A stretch of DNA of 32,000 bases from Methanothermobacter marburgensis str. Marburg (GTDB lineage: Archaea > Methanobacteriota > Methanobacteria > Methanobacteriales > Methanothermobacteraceae): positions 450,001 to 482,000 of the forward strand of contig NC_014408.1 in assembly GCF_000145295.1 (NCBI RefSeq), read 5' to 3'. Positions 9,270 to 17,350 of the stretch are shown piece after piece; positions within the stretch are counted from its first letter, which is position 1; each line of letters begins with the position of its first letter. The notes below the pieces were generated by a model. The model was not told where the DNA came from, did not search any database, and saw only the letters and a program-made list of their open reading frames with translations. The translations under genes were made by a program, and so were the position numbers.

Positions 9270-9320
9270 TAACTTCAATAATTATTATGATTAAATTTTT
9301 TTAGTGGAGGATTCAATACC

Positions 9321-9842
9321 ATGCGAAGTTTTGAAAAACTGACTTCCCTTAAGGAATACATTCCCATCAAGAAAAAGGAGGGCGGTGAAAAGAACATTGG
9401 CCTTCTTGTGGATGGGCCGAACATGCTCAGAAAGGAATTCAGTCTGAACCTGGACCTTGTAAGGAAGATAATGTCTGAATACGGGAATATGCGTGTTGGA
9501 AAGGTTCTTCTGAACCAGTACGCCTCTGATAAACTGATAGAGGCCATTGTGAACCAGGGCTTTACACCAATTGTCGTGGCTGGAGATACCGATGTCTACA
9601 TGGCTGTTGAGGCCATGGAACTGATATACAACCCTAATATTGATATAATAGCCCTCATGACACGCGACGCTGATTTTCTACCCATAATAAACAAGGCAAA
9701 GGAAAATGGTAAGGATACAATTGTGATAGGCGCCGAGCCAGGTTTCAGTGCTGCACTTCAGAATTCTGCGGACCATGCCATAATCCTGAAACCGGAGAAT
9801 GGCAGGCCAAGGAAAGGGAATGTTGCCGGGGAAACTGATTGA
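9321..9842 (+). CDS. NYN-domain (LabA/PIN-like) protein, archaeal TIGR00288-like family
   Basis: 173 aa. GLLVDGPNM near the N-terminus, then GDTDVYMA and TRDADF acidic motifs typical of NYN/LabA nuclease-fold proteins. The TGA stop is followed directly by the ATG of the next gene (tgaATG). Confidence 0.75.
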   Translation: MRSFEKLTSLKEYIPIKKKEGGEKNIGLLVDGPNMLRKEFSLNLDLVRKIMSEYGNMRVGKVLLNQYASDKLIEAIVNQGFTPIVVAGDTDVYMAVEAMELIYNPNIDIIALMTRDADFLPIINKAKENGKDTIVIGAEPGFSAALQNSADHAIILKPENGRPRKGNVAGETD

Positions 9843-10991
9843 ATGGGTGATTTGATGTTTCATGATCACCTGAATGAGGTTAAGCGCAGGGAACACGCCC
9901 TCCAGATAATAGGGGAGCGTATTGCCAGCGGGGGCCGTGAGGGAATATATGATCTCACAGGTCTTTCAGGGGGCTTTCCCCTTGAGATGGAGGATATTGG
10001 TCTTCTTGAGACGTACGTGGGACCTGCGGTCTTTGAGGAGAGACTCCAGACAGCTGGCAGAAAGCACATGGGTGGTGAGATGGTGGCCGCCTTTAACAGG
10101 ACAAGCAGCGCAATACTTGCATCCATACTGGAACTTGCAGAGCCAGGTTCACTGGTTGTGCACTACCTCCCGGAGCTCCCATCCCATCCATCCATCCCGT
10201 CAAGCACCCAACTGGCAGCAGCAAGGTACCATGAGACAGATGACTTCACCGAGGATATACCCGAAAACACATCTCTCGTGGTTGTGACAGGTTCGACAAT
10301 GGACCACAGGGTGGTTGATGAATCGGAGCTCCAGCAGATAATTGAAAGGGCCCACTCTGCTGGGGTCCCGGTACTTGTGGATGATGCATCAGGCGCCAGG
10401 CTGAGGACGGTTCTATTTAACCAGAAGAGGGCATGTGACCTGGGAGCAGACCTTGCAGTTACAAGCACCGATAAACTGATGCACGGGCCAAGGGGGGGTC
10501 TTCTCGCAGGAAGATCCGACCTTGTGGAGCGGGTTAAATCAAGGGCCTACCGGTTCGGACTTGAGGCCCAGCCACCACTTATCGCTGCAATGGTGAGGGC
10601 ACTGGAGAGCTTTGACCCATCTGAAATTCTCAACGCCCTTGAGAGGAAGGGGTACCTTCTTGAGGCTCTGAGGGACCTCAATGTGGAGGAGACACCCACG
10701 GGTATCATGATAAAACCTGATTCACTGGAGGAACTCTATGATTCCACATGCACCGGTGATGAAATCGCCGTGGCCCTTTCAATGCTGCTTCTCTCTGACC
10801 ATGGAATAATAACCATACCCGCTGTGGGGATGCCAGGGGCATCAAAGACACTGAGGTTTGACCTGGCATCAAGGGATGCAGAGAGGCTTGTGCCTGAACT
10901 TCTGAGGGAGGCAATTGAGGACGCAGTGGATAAACTTTCTGGCATCATCAGCGACAGGAAAATGATGGAGAAACTTATCTTCGGGTCATGA
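9843..10991 (+). CDS. PLP-dependent enzyme of the SelA-like / MJ0158 (UPF0425) family
   Basis: 382 aa. The motif TSTDKLMHGPRGG (Lys codon 10473-10475) resembles the Schiff-base lysine motif of SelA (S-x-DKLLGGPQ-G). Preceded by a DDASG Asp motif typical of fold-type I PLP enzymes. Confidence 0.75.
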   Translation: MGDLMFHDHLNEVKRREHALQIIGERIASGGREGIYDLTGLSGGFPLEMEDIGLLETYVGPAVFEERLQTAGRKHMGGEMVAAFNRTSSAILASILELAEPGSLVVHYLPELPSHPSIPSSTQLAAARYHETDDFTEDIPENTSLVVVTGSTMDHRVVDESELQQIIERAHSAGVPVLVDDASGARLRTVLFNQKRACDLGADLAVTSTDKLMHGPRGGLLAGRSDLVERVKSRAYRFGLEAQPPLIAAMVRALESFDPSEILNALERKGYLLEALRDLNVEETPTGIMIKPDSLEELYDSTCTGDEIAVALSMLLLSDHGIITIPAVGMPGASKTLRFDLASRDAERLVPELLREAIEDAVDKLSGIISDRKMMEKLIFGS

Positions 10992-11038
10992 GGTTTGTGG
11001 GCCTTCATGCGCTGAATGGGTTCTCAATGCCAGAATAA

Positions 11039-11046
11039 TTTTTTTT
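11039..11046 (+). terminator. T8 tract downstream of the PLP-enzyme gene
   Basis: aaTTTTTTTTatt lies 48 nt after the stop at 10991. Confidence 0.4.
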
Positions 11047-11129
11047 ATTCAAATCAAATTCCTACATTAGCACAAAAACTGAAAATGGGTACATCTGAAC
11101 GATTCTGAGTTTATCAGGGAGGTGTCAGG

Positions 11130-12143
11130 CTGATAGTTATTGATGGATCAGAGGGTGAGGGCGGGGGAGCCGTTGTAAGGGTTTCCACAGCCCTTGCAGT
11201 CCTGAAATCACGCAGGATACGGATATGCAATATCAGGGCCCGCAGGCCAAGGAAGGGACTGTCACACCAGCACCTCACTGCTGTGAGGGCAATTGCAGAG
11301 ATAAGCAATGGCAGACTCAGTGGGGATGAACTCGGGTCAATGGAACTTGAATTTTCACCGGGACGTGTTAGTGGCGGGAAATTTGAATTTGACATAAAAA
11401 CCGCTGGAAGCACGGGACTTGTCCTCCAGGCCATAATGATAGCTTCCACAGCCTCCAGAGGGGAACTGGATGTAACCGTGAGGGGCGGCACCGATGTCCT
11501 CTGGGCACCCACAGCAGACTACCTCAGGGAGGTGACGCTCCCCATCCTTGGTATGATGGGTTACACCGCAAAACTTGAATTAATTGAGAGGGGCTACTAT
11601 CCCGAGGGTGGGGGTGTGGTCAATGCAACCATTGAGCCATCCACCCTCAGACCCCTGGTACTTGAAGGTGCAGAAATTCACTGTATAAGGGGTGTTTCCC
11701 ACTCCAGGAACCTTCCGATCCGTGTTGCTGAGAGGCAGGCGGAATCAGCCAGAAGGATCCTTGAGAGAACAGGGCTTGATGTTAATATACGTGTTGAGGA
11801 CGCCTCCGGTTCACTGGGAAGGGGCTCGGGCATCACACTCTGGGCCGAGGGCAACACAAGGCTCGGTGCCACTTCACTGGGGAAACCAGGGAAGAGGGCA
11901 GAACTGGTTGGGGCAGAGGCCGCAGAGGAACTTCTGGGTTTCATAGAATCTGGCAGAGCCCTTGACAGGTACATGGGCGATCAGATCATCCCCTACATGG
12001 CCATCGCAGGAAATTCAAGAGTTTCAACTTGTGAACTCACACTTCACGCAGAGACCAATATAATGCTTGCAGAAAAGATAACCAGAAGGAAATTCAGGGT
12101 GAATGGTGAACGTGGGGGTCCAGCCAGAATAGAGGCCCTCTGA
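11130..12143 (+). CDS. rtcA: RNA 3'-terminal phosphate cyclase
   Basis: The frame is open from 11109 (in-frame TGA at 11106-11108). It encodes (L)IVIDGSEGEGGGAVVRVSTALAVL...RKGLSHQHLTAVRAI, the conserved RtcA N-terminus, upstream of the track start GTG at 11283. GGAGGTG at 11118-11124. There is no ATG, GTG or TTG between 11109 and 11282, so the start is probably CTG 11130, ATA 11133 or ATT 11139. The candidate adenylylated His is in CELTLHAETN. Confidence 0.85.
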   Translation: MIVIDGSEGEGGGAVVRVSTALAVLKSRRIRICNIRARRPRKGLSHQHLTAVRAIAEISNGRLSGDELGSMELEFSPGRVSGGKFEFDIKTAGSTGLVLQAIMIASTASRGELDVTVRGGTDVLWAPTADYLREVTLPILGMMGYTAKLELIERGYYPEGGGVVNATIEPSTLRPLVLEGAEIHCIRGVSHSRNLPIRVAERQAESARRILERTGLDVNIRVEDASGSLGRGSGITLWAEGNTRLGATSLGKPGKRAELVGAEAAEELLGFIESGRALDRYMGDQIIPYMAIAGNSRVSTCELTLHAETNIMLAEKITRRKFRVNGERGGPARIEAL

Positions 12144-12152
12144 TGGGTATTC

Positions 12153-12190
12153 AAAAAAATCAGGTTAAAGGTGGTAGCTAGAGGGCCACC
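12153..12190 (-). terminator. Hairpin plus oligo-T (on the minus strand) downstream of birA, between convergent genes
   Basis: The minus strand reads GGTGG-N11-CCACC (12190-12170), then TTT, and a T7 run (complement of A7 at 12153-12159). Confidence 0.4.
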
Positions 12191-12194
12191 ACTA

Positions 12195-12980
12195 TCAGAG
12201 GTGTATGCATTCACCGGATATTACTTTGCGGAGTGTTCCATCGTCCAGTTCCAGTATGAGGGCACCCTCACTGTTGATGCCGATGGCCTCACCACGGACG
12301 ACTTCACCAAGCTGCTTCCTTATTTCAACACGTCTGCCAATTGTCTTTGACATCCTCCTCCATTCTCTTAGAATTTCATCCATTTTACCCTCCTTGAAGG
12401 AGTCATAGACGTCCTCAAAGTTTTTAAGGAACCTTGATATCAGTTCACTGGATTTTATGTCCCTCTGGAGTTCATTCTTAATGGAGGTTGCCCCTTCCCT
12501 GAGGTCCTCCGGGAAGTGGCTGATATCCACGTTGGTGTCGATTCCCACACCGACAACAACATATTCGAGGGTGTTGAACCTTGCATGGGCCTCTGTGAGT
12601 ATTCCACATACCTTTTTATCACCGATGAGTATGTCATTGGGCCACTTTATTCCCACGTCCAGGCCACATTCCTCCTTCAGTGTCCGGGCAACTGCAACAC
12701 CGGTTACCAGTGTTAGGAGGGGGGCCGTTGATGGGTGAACCTCTGGCCTGAGTATGATGGACATCCATATCCCGCCCTGAGGTGATATCCAGGGTTTACC
12801 CCGCCTACCCCTTCCACGGGACTGGGTCCTTGCAATTACAACTGTACCCTCCGGGGCGCCATCCTCTGCCATCCTCTTGGCCACATTGTTTGTGGAGTCC
12901 ACCTCATCGAAGCATTTCACTTCATGCCCTATGTACCTGGTTTTTACCTCAACTTCGCATGGATCATAGTAATCCTCCAT
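12195..12980 (-). CDS. birA: Biotin--[acetyl-CoA-carboxylase] ligase (biotin protein ligase, no N-terminal HTH)
   Basis: 261 aa. GRGRRGKPWISPQGG biotin/ATP-binding signature and KWPNDILIGDKKVCGIL. The start is 4 nt after the pycA stop, with GGGGGTGA as the SD. Confidence 0.9.
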   Translation of the reverse strand: MEDYYDPCEVEVKTRYIGHEVKCFDEVDSTNNVAKRMAEDGAPEGTVVIARTQSRGRGRRGKPWISPQGGIWMSIILRPEVHPSTAPLLTLVTGVAVARTLKEECGLDVGIKWPNDILIGDKKVCGILTEAHARFNTLEYVVVGVGIDTNVDISHFPEDLREGATSIKNELQRDIKSSELISRFLKNFEDVYDSFKEGKMDEILREWRRMSKTIGRRVEIRKQLGEVVRGEAIGINSEGALILELDDGTLRKVISGECIHL

Positions 12981-12984
12981 ACCA

Positions 12985-14460
12985 TCACCCCCTTCTTGAG
13001 TGCATGTATGCCCCTATGGCTGCAGATATTGCTGCAACCTTCTTTGGTGGTAGAAATGTTGAGTGGAGGCGTTCGACCATCTCCTGGTCCTCTTTGACAA
13101 TCTTCTGCATCTCAGCGTCTATACCCCGCCTGTATTCATCCACGAAGTGTGTGTGAAGTTCCCCCCTCTGGAATGCCTCATTTTTCATTATTGCCTTGTG
13201 GAAGGGGATTGTGGTTCTGACGCCCAGTATGATGTACTCACTGAGGGCACGCCGCATCCGGTTTATTGCCTCCTCACGGTCCATTCCCCATACTATGAGT
13301 TTGGATATCATGGAGTCGTAGAATGGTGGTATCTCATAGTTCATGTAAACCCCACTGTCAACCCTGACCCCTATTCCGCCGGGGGACCTGTAACCTGTGA
13401 TCTTACCGGGGTTCGGGGCGAAATCTGATAGGGGGTCCTCTGCATTTATCCTGCACTCAATTGCATGGCCCCTTATTGTTATGTCCTCCTGTCTGCAGGA
13501 GAGTTCCTCCCCTGAGGCGACCCTTATCTGTTCCTTAACAAGGTCCACACCGGTGATCACCTCGGTTATTGGGTGCTCAACCTGTATCCTGGTGTTCATC
13601 TCAAGGAAGTAGAAGTCCCCGTTTGAATACAGGAACTCAACCGTACCTGCGTTCTCATAACCTATATATTCGGCGGCCTTAACTGCTGCTGAACCCATTC
13701 TTTCCCTCAGTTCAGGGGTCATGATGGGTGATGGTGCCTCCTCCACCAGTTTCTGGTGCCGCCTCTGTATTGAACACTCCCTGTCTGCAAGGTGGATAAC
13801 GTTTCCATGTTCATCTGCCATCACCTGGAATTCAATGTGACGGGGCTTTTCAAGGTACTTCTCTATATATACTGTTGGATCCCCGAATGCTGATGCCGCC
13901 ACAGACTGGGTGGACTCCATGGCCCTTATGAGTTCGTCCTCCTCGTAGACGGTCCTCATGCCTATTCCACCCCCACCTGCTGACGCCTTTATGATGACCG
14001 GGTAGCCGATTGAATCGGCTATCTCAGCGGCCTCGTCAGGGTCACTCACACCCTTATCGGTTCCAGGGATCACAGGGACCCCCGCCTTCTTCATGAGCTT
14101 CTTTGATGTTATCTTATCCCCCATGGCCTCGATGACGGAACTTTTGGGACCTATAAGTTTGATTCCGTGTTTCTCACACTCCTCCCCGAGGCCAGGGTTC
14201 TCTGCCAGGAAACCGTAACCTGGATGGATGGCCTCGGCACCGCTTTCCTCGGCCACATCGATTATCCTGTCTATTCTCAGGTAGCTCTGGGATGGGGATG
14301 GTTTACCTATTTCGTATGCCTCATCGGCGTACCTTGTAAAGAGCGCATTCTTATCGGCTTCGGAGTAAACAGCCACGCTTTTTATCCCGAGCTCCCTGCA
14401 TGCGCGCATAACTCTTATTGCTATTTCACCACGGTTTGCAACGAGGATTTTGCTGAACAT
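12985..14460 (-). CDS. pycA: Biotin carboxylase (ATP-grasp). In Methanothermobacter this is pyruvate carboxylase subunit A
   Basis: 491 aa. [22 protein letters not shown]-terminus, Gly-rich loop [26 protein letters not shown] signature. From memory, it corresponds to the characterised PycA of M. thermautotrophicus, with birA downstream. Confidence 0.93.
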   Translation of the reverse strand: MFSKILVANRGEIAIRVMRACRELGIKSVAVYSEADKNALFTRYADEAYEIGKPSPSQSYLRIDRIIDVAEESGAEAIHPGYGFLAENPGLGEECEKHGIKLIGPKSSVIEAMGDKITSKKLMKKAGVPVIPGTDKGVSDPDEAAEIADSIGYPVIIKASAGGGGIGMRTVYEEDELIRAMESTQSVAASAFGDPTVYIEKYLEKPRHIEFQVMADEHGNVIHLADRECSIQRRHQKLVEEAPSPIMTPELRERMGSAAVKAAEYIGYENAGTVEFLYSNGDFYFLEMNTRIQVEHPITEVITGVDLVKEQIRVASGEELSCRQEDITIRGHAIECRINAEDPLSDFAPNPGKITGYRSPGGIGVRVDSGVYMNYEIPPFYDSMISKLIVWGMDREEAINRMRRALSEYIILGVRTTIPFHKAIMKNEAFQRGELHTHFVDEYRRGIDAEMQKIVKEDQEMVERLHSTFLPPKKVAAISAAIGAYMHSRRG

Positions 14461-14473
14461 CTGACTGCACCCT

Positions 14474-14503
14474 GAAATTTATAACACATATATATTATAT
14501 TGG
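14474..14503. promoter_or_regulatory. A/T-rich shared divergent promoter region (TATA-like elements) between pycA and the methyltransferase gene
   Basis: aaatttataacacatatatattatattgg lies in the 83-nt gap between the divergent start codons at 14460 (-) and 14544 (+). Confidence 0.4.
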
Positions 14504-14543
14504 GGTAACTCTTTTTAAGTCTACCACCTTCAGTTATGGTACC

Positions 14544-15176
14544 ATGAGGAGAAAGAGACACCTTGAGATGCTTCTTGAGCGCATCCCTCCCCACCCCCAC
14601 CCTGACCCGGGCCTTGAACAGTACCTCACCCCGGCACATGTGGCAGCGGAGGTCCTCTGGGCAGCCAGGACCATGGGGGATATTGAGGGAAAAACCGTTG
14701 CGGACCTTGGATGCGGTACGGGTATCCTGGGTATTGGGGCGGCACTTCTTGGCGCAGAGAGGGTTTACTGTGTGGATGTGGATGCGGCTGCACTTGAAGT
14801 TGCAGAGGGTGCGTCAGAGGATCTGGGCCTGGGAAACATCCAGTTCATCAAGGCAGATATCCGTGATCAGGGGGATCTGGTTAGGGTCACAGGGAGGGTT
14901 GATACTGTAATCCAGAATCCACCCTTTGGTTCACAGGAAAGGGCTGATAGGGGTGCCGACAGGGTTTTCATGGAGGCAGCATCAGCCATGGGGAGGGTTG
15001 TGTACTCATTCCACATGGCAGGCTCTGAGGACTTTGTGAGGCGCTACTATGAGGGTCTGGGGGGGAGGGTGACCCACAGACTCCCTGTTGAATTCCCGAT
15101 ACGCCGCACCTACAGTTTCCACAGAATGGAGGTCTCCAATGTGGATGTTGTGGTGGTGAGGGTTGTTTTTGGGTGA
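14544..15176 (+). CDS. SAM-dependent N6-adenine-type methyltransferase, METTL5-like putative RNA methylase
   Basis: 210 aa. SAM motif I VADLGCGTGILG, acidic motif II CVDVD, catalytic motif IV NPPFG. Size and motif order match the COG2263/METTL5-like family. Confidence 0.85.
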   Translation: MRRKRHLEMLLERIPPHPHPDPGLEQYLTPAHVAAEVLWAARTMGDIEGKTVADLGCGTGILGIGAALLGAERVYCVDVDAAALEVAEGASEDLGLGNIQFIKADIRDQGDLVRVTGRVDTVIQNPPFGSQERADRGADRVFMEAASAMGRVVYSFHMAGSEDFVRRYYEGLGGRVTHRLPVEFPIRRTYSFHRMEVSNVDVVVVRVVFG

Positions 15177-15275
15177 TCTGTTGTTTTGGGTGGTTTGCTG
15201 GTTGAGGGTGTGGATGTTGTGGTGGTGAGGGTTGTTTTTGGGTGATCTGTTGTTTCATGTGGCTGCTGGTTGAGG
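15142..15275. repeat. Two-copy tandem direct repeat, period 69 bp, spanning the methyltransferase 3' end and downstream spacer
   Basis: 15142-15186 and 15211-15255 are identical over 45 bp (tggatgttgtggtggtgagggttgtttttgggtgatctgttgttt). The remaining 24 bp or so are similar, with one indel. Copy 1 contains the last 11 codons and the TGA stop (15174-15176). Copy 2 repeats them non-functionally. Confidence 0.95.
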
Positions 15276-15463
15276 ATCTGCCTCTGAAGTTTAAGCATGG
15301 GATTATTTTAGCGCCACGTGTGGGACCTCCAGCGGAAACTTTAAATATGGTTACTGTACAATTTTTAGTACCTATTGCAATCTGCGGTGGATCCGCTCAC
15401 ATTGTATAACGGGATATACGATGTGGTCTGTGGTTTTACTTGCCCAGTCTGCATTGTGGAAAT

Positions 15464-15473
15464 ATTTATAAAA
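15464..15473 (+). promoter_or_regulatory. Candidate TATA box for the SPOUT gene / r-protein operon
   Basis: ATTTATAAAA is centred about 27 nt upstream of the ATG at 15495, and no SD lies between them. This suggests a leaderless or near-leaderless transcript. Confidence 0.45.
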
Positions 15474-15494
15474 GATTAGGACAAAGATTAATAA

Positions 15495-16295
15495 ATGAAT
15501 AGAGTAGATTTGTCCATATTTATCCCGGATTCGCTGACGGCAGAGACAGGGGATCTCAAAATAAAGACCTACAAGGTGGGTCTTATTGGAAGGGCTGCAG
15601 CGATATTCGGGGTTAACCGCATAGTGATCTATCACGATGATGCAGACGGAGAGGCAGGATTTATCAGGGATATCCTGAACTATATGGATACCCCCCAGTA
15701 CCTTCGCAGGAAGGTTTTCCCGATAATGAAGGAGTTGAAACATGTGGGTATACTCCCACCTCTGAGAACTCCTCATCACCCAACTGGAAAACCCGTGGCT
15801 GGAGAATACAGACAGGGATTAACAGTTAAAAGGGTAAAAAAAGGAACTCTTGTGGATATTGGCGCAGATAAACTTGCACTGTGCAGGGAAAAACTCACTG
15901 TAAATAGGGTAATGAGTTTCAGGGTTATCCGGCTGGGTAAGGAAATACTGATAGAGCCAGATGAACCAGAGGATAGATACTGGGGATATGAGGTTCTGAG
16001 CACCGAACAGGGCCTCTCAAAAAGCCTGAAAACAGTGGATGCCGATGTTGTGGTGGCAACATCAAGGTATGCTTCGCCCATTACTTCTATTCTGGATGAA
16101 GTAAAGTCAAAGGTGGAGGGCGCCCGCAGGGTGGCCATCCTGTTTGGCGGTCCTTACAAGGGATTACCAGAGATCGATGCGGATGTGTGGGTTAACACCA
16201 TTCCAGGACAGCGTACAGAAACTGTAAGGACTGAAGAGGCTGTTTTAGCTACTCTCTCAGTATTCAATATGCTAACTCAGATTGATGAAAAATGA
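15495..16295 (+). CDS. SPOUT-superfamily (trefoil-knot) methyltransferase, DUF171 / C9orf114 (SPOUT1) family
   Basis: 266 aa. MNRVDLSIFIPDSL...KVGLIGRAAAIFGVNRIVIY and the C-terminal AILFGGPYKGL...EEAVLATLSVFN match the family of the knotted M. thermautotrophicus MTH1 protein as I remember it. Sits immediately upstream of rpl3. Confidence 0.85.
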   Translation: MNRVDLSIFIPDSLTAETGDLKIKTYKVGLIGRAAAIFGVNRIVIYHDDADGEAGFIRDILNYMDTPQYLRRKVFPIMKELKHVGILPPLRTPHHPTGKPVAGEYRQGLTVKRVKKGTLVDIGADKLALCREKLTVNRVMSFRVIRLGKEILIEPDEPEDRYWGYEVLSTEQGLSKSLKTVDADVVVATSRYASPITSILDEVKSKVEGARRVAILFGGPYKGLPEIDADVWVNTIPGQRTETVRTEEAVLATLSVFNMLTQIDEK

Positions 16296-16308
16296 ATATG
16301 AATGATGT

Positions 16309-16316
16309 AAGGAGGT
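16309..16316 (+). promoter_or_regulatory. Shine-Dalgarno site of rpl3
   Basis: AAGGAGGT lies 8 nt upstream of the ATG at 16325. Similar GGAGGTGA-like sites precede most genes of the operon. Confidence 0.8.
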
Positions 16317-16324
16317 AAACTTAA

Positions 16325-17338
16325 ATGGCTAGACATCATCAACCAAGAAAAGGATCAGTTGCATTCAGTCCAAGAAAAAGGGCGGCAAGGGAAACCCCCA
16401 GGGTCAAGTCATGGCCCCAGGTGGATGAACCTGGACTGCTTGCCCTGGCAGGCTACAAGGCAGGGATGACCCACGTAATGATGGTTGATAACCAGAAAAA
16501 TTCCCCTACAGAGGGGATGGAGGTTTCAACTCCAGTCACAATACTTGAGGTCCCACCCCTAACCGTGATGGCCGTTAGGGCCTATGAAAAGACAAGCAGG
16601 GGCCTTAAGACCCTTGGAGAGGTCCTGGCCACCGAGACAAAGGAGGACCTCAGAAGGAAGCTCACCCCACCTGCAGAGGACTATGACCAGGAGGCCGCAA
16701 TCGAAAGGATAAGGTCAAACATGGAATACGTTGCAGATGTCAGGGTTATTGTACACACAAACCCCAGACTTGCAAGCGTGCCCAAAAAGAAACCTGAGGT
16801 CTTTGAGTGCGGCCTTGGAGGTAAGACCCCTGAGGAGAAATTCGAATACGCACTGGGAATCCTCGGCAAGGATGTGAGGGCATCAGAGATATTCTCCGAG
16901 GGAGCCTTCGTTGATGCCATAGCCGTGACTAAGGGTAAGGGATTCCAGGGTCCCGTTAAGAGATGGGGTATAAGGATACAGTACGGTAAGGCTGCAAGAA
17001 GCAGTAAGGGAAGACACATAGGGTCACTGGGTCCATGGACACCATCAAGGACCATGTGGACAGTTCCACAGGCAGGGCAGATGGGTTACCACAGGAGGAC
17101 CGAGTACAACAAACAGATACTCAAGATCGGCGATGCCAGCGAGGCAGACCAGGTAAACCCCAGCGGCGGATTCGTAAGGTATGGTCTTGTCAGGAACGAT
17201 TATGTAATGGTTAAGGGGTCAGTTCCAGGCCCAACAAAGAGGCTTGTGGTGCTCAGGAAGGCCATAAGGGCTGCAGGTAAGCAGGAAGAGGCACCCCAGA
17301 TAAACTACATCAGCACAGCATCAAAACAAGGAGTATAA
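16325..17338 (+). CDS. rpl3: 50S ribosomal protein L3 (uL3)
   Basis: 337 aa. MARHHQPRKGSVAFSPRKRA N-terminus and TKGKGFQGPVKRWG motif. First gene in the canonical archaeal S10-like order. Confidence 0.97.
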   Translation: MARHHQPRKGSVAFSPRKRAARETPRVKSWPQVDEPGLLALAGYKAGMTHVMMVDNQKNSPTEGMEVSTPVTILEVPPLTVMAVRAYEKTSRGLKTLGEVLATETKEDLRRKLTPPAEDYDQEAAIERIRSNMEYVADVRVIVHTNPRLASVPKKKPEVFECGLGGKTPEEKFEYALGILGKDVRASEIFSEGAFVDAIAVTKGKGFQGPVKRWGIRIQYGKAARSSKGRHIGSLGPWTPSRTMWTVPQAGQMGYHRRTEYNKQILKIGDASEADQVNPSGGFVRYGLVRNDYVMVKGSVPGPTKRLVVLRKAIRAAGKQEEAPQINYISTASKQGV

Positions 17339-17350
17339 GAGTGGTTCAAA

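Noticed and set aside
11283-12143. ORF-track version of rtcA starting at the GTG at 11283
   Set aside because: It would remove 51 upstream in-frame codons that encode the conserved RtcA N-terminus (IDGSEGEGGG...). The longer form with a non-canonical start is preferred.
15142-15275. Possible CRISPR array or minisatellite
   Set aside because: There are only two copies, they are directly adjacent with no spacers, and no cas genes are present in the window.
14968-15298. Minus-strand ORFs with repeated peptides (HPKQQITQKQPSPPQHPH; DHPKTTLTTTTST)
   Set aside because: The peptide repeats only mirror the 69-bp tandem DNA duplication. The ORFs overlap the methyltransferase 3' end in antisense and have no translation signals.
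15372-15779. 135-aa minus-strand ORF spanning the SPOUT gene start and its promoter
   Set aside because: It overlaps a well-supported plus-strand gene and an A/T-rich promoter region, and has no motifs or SD.
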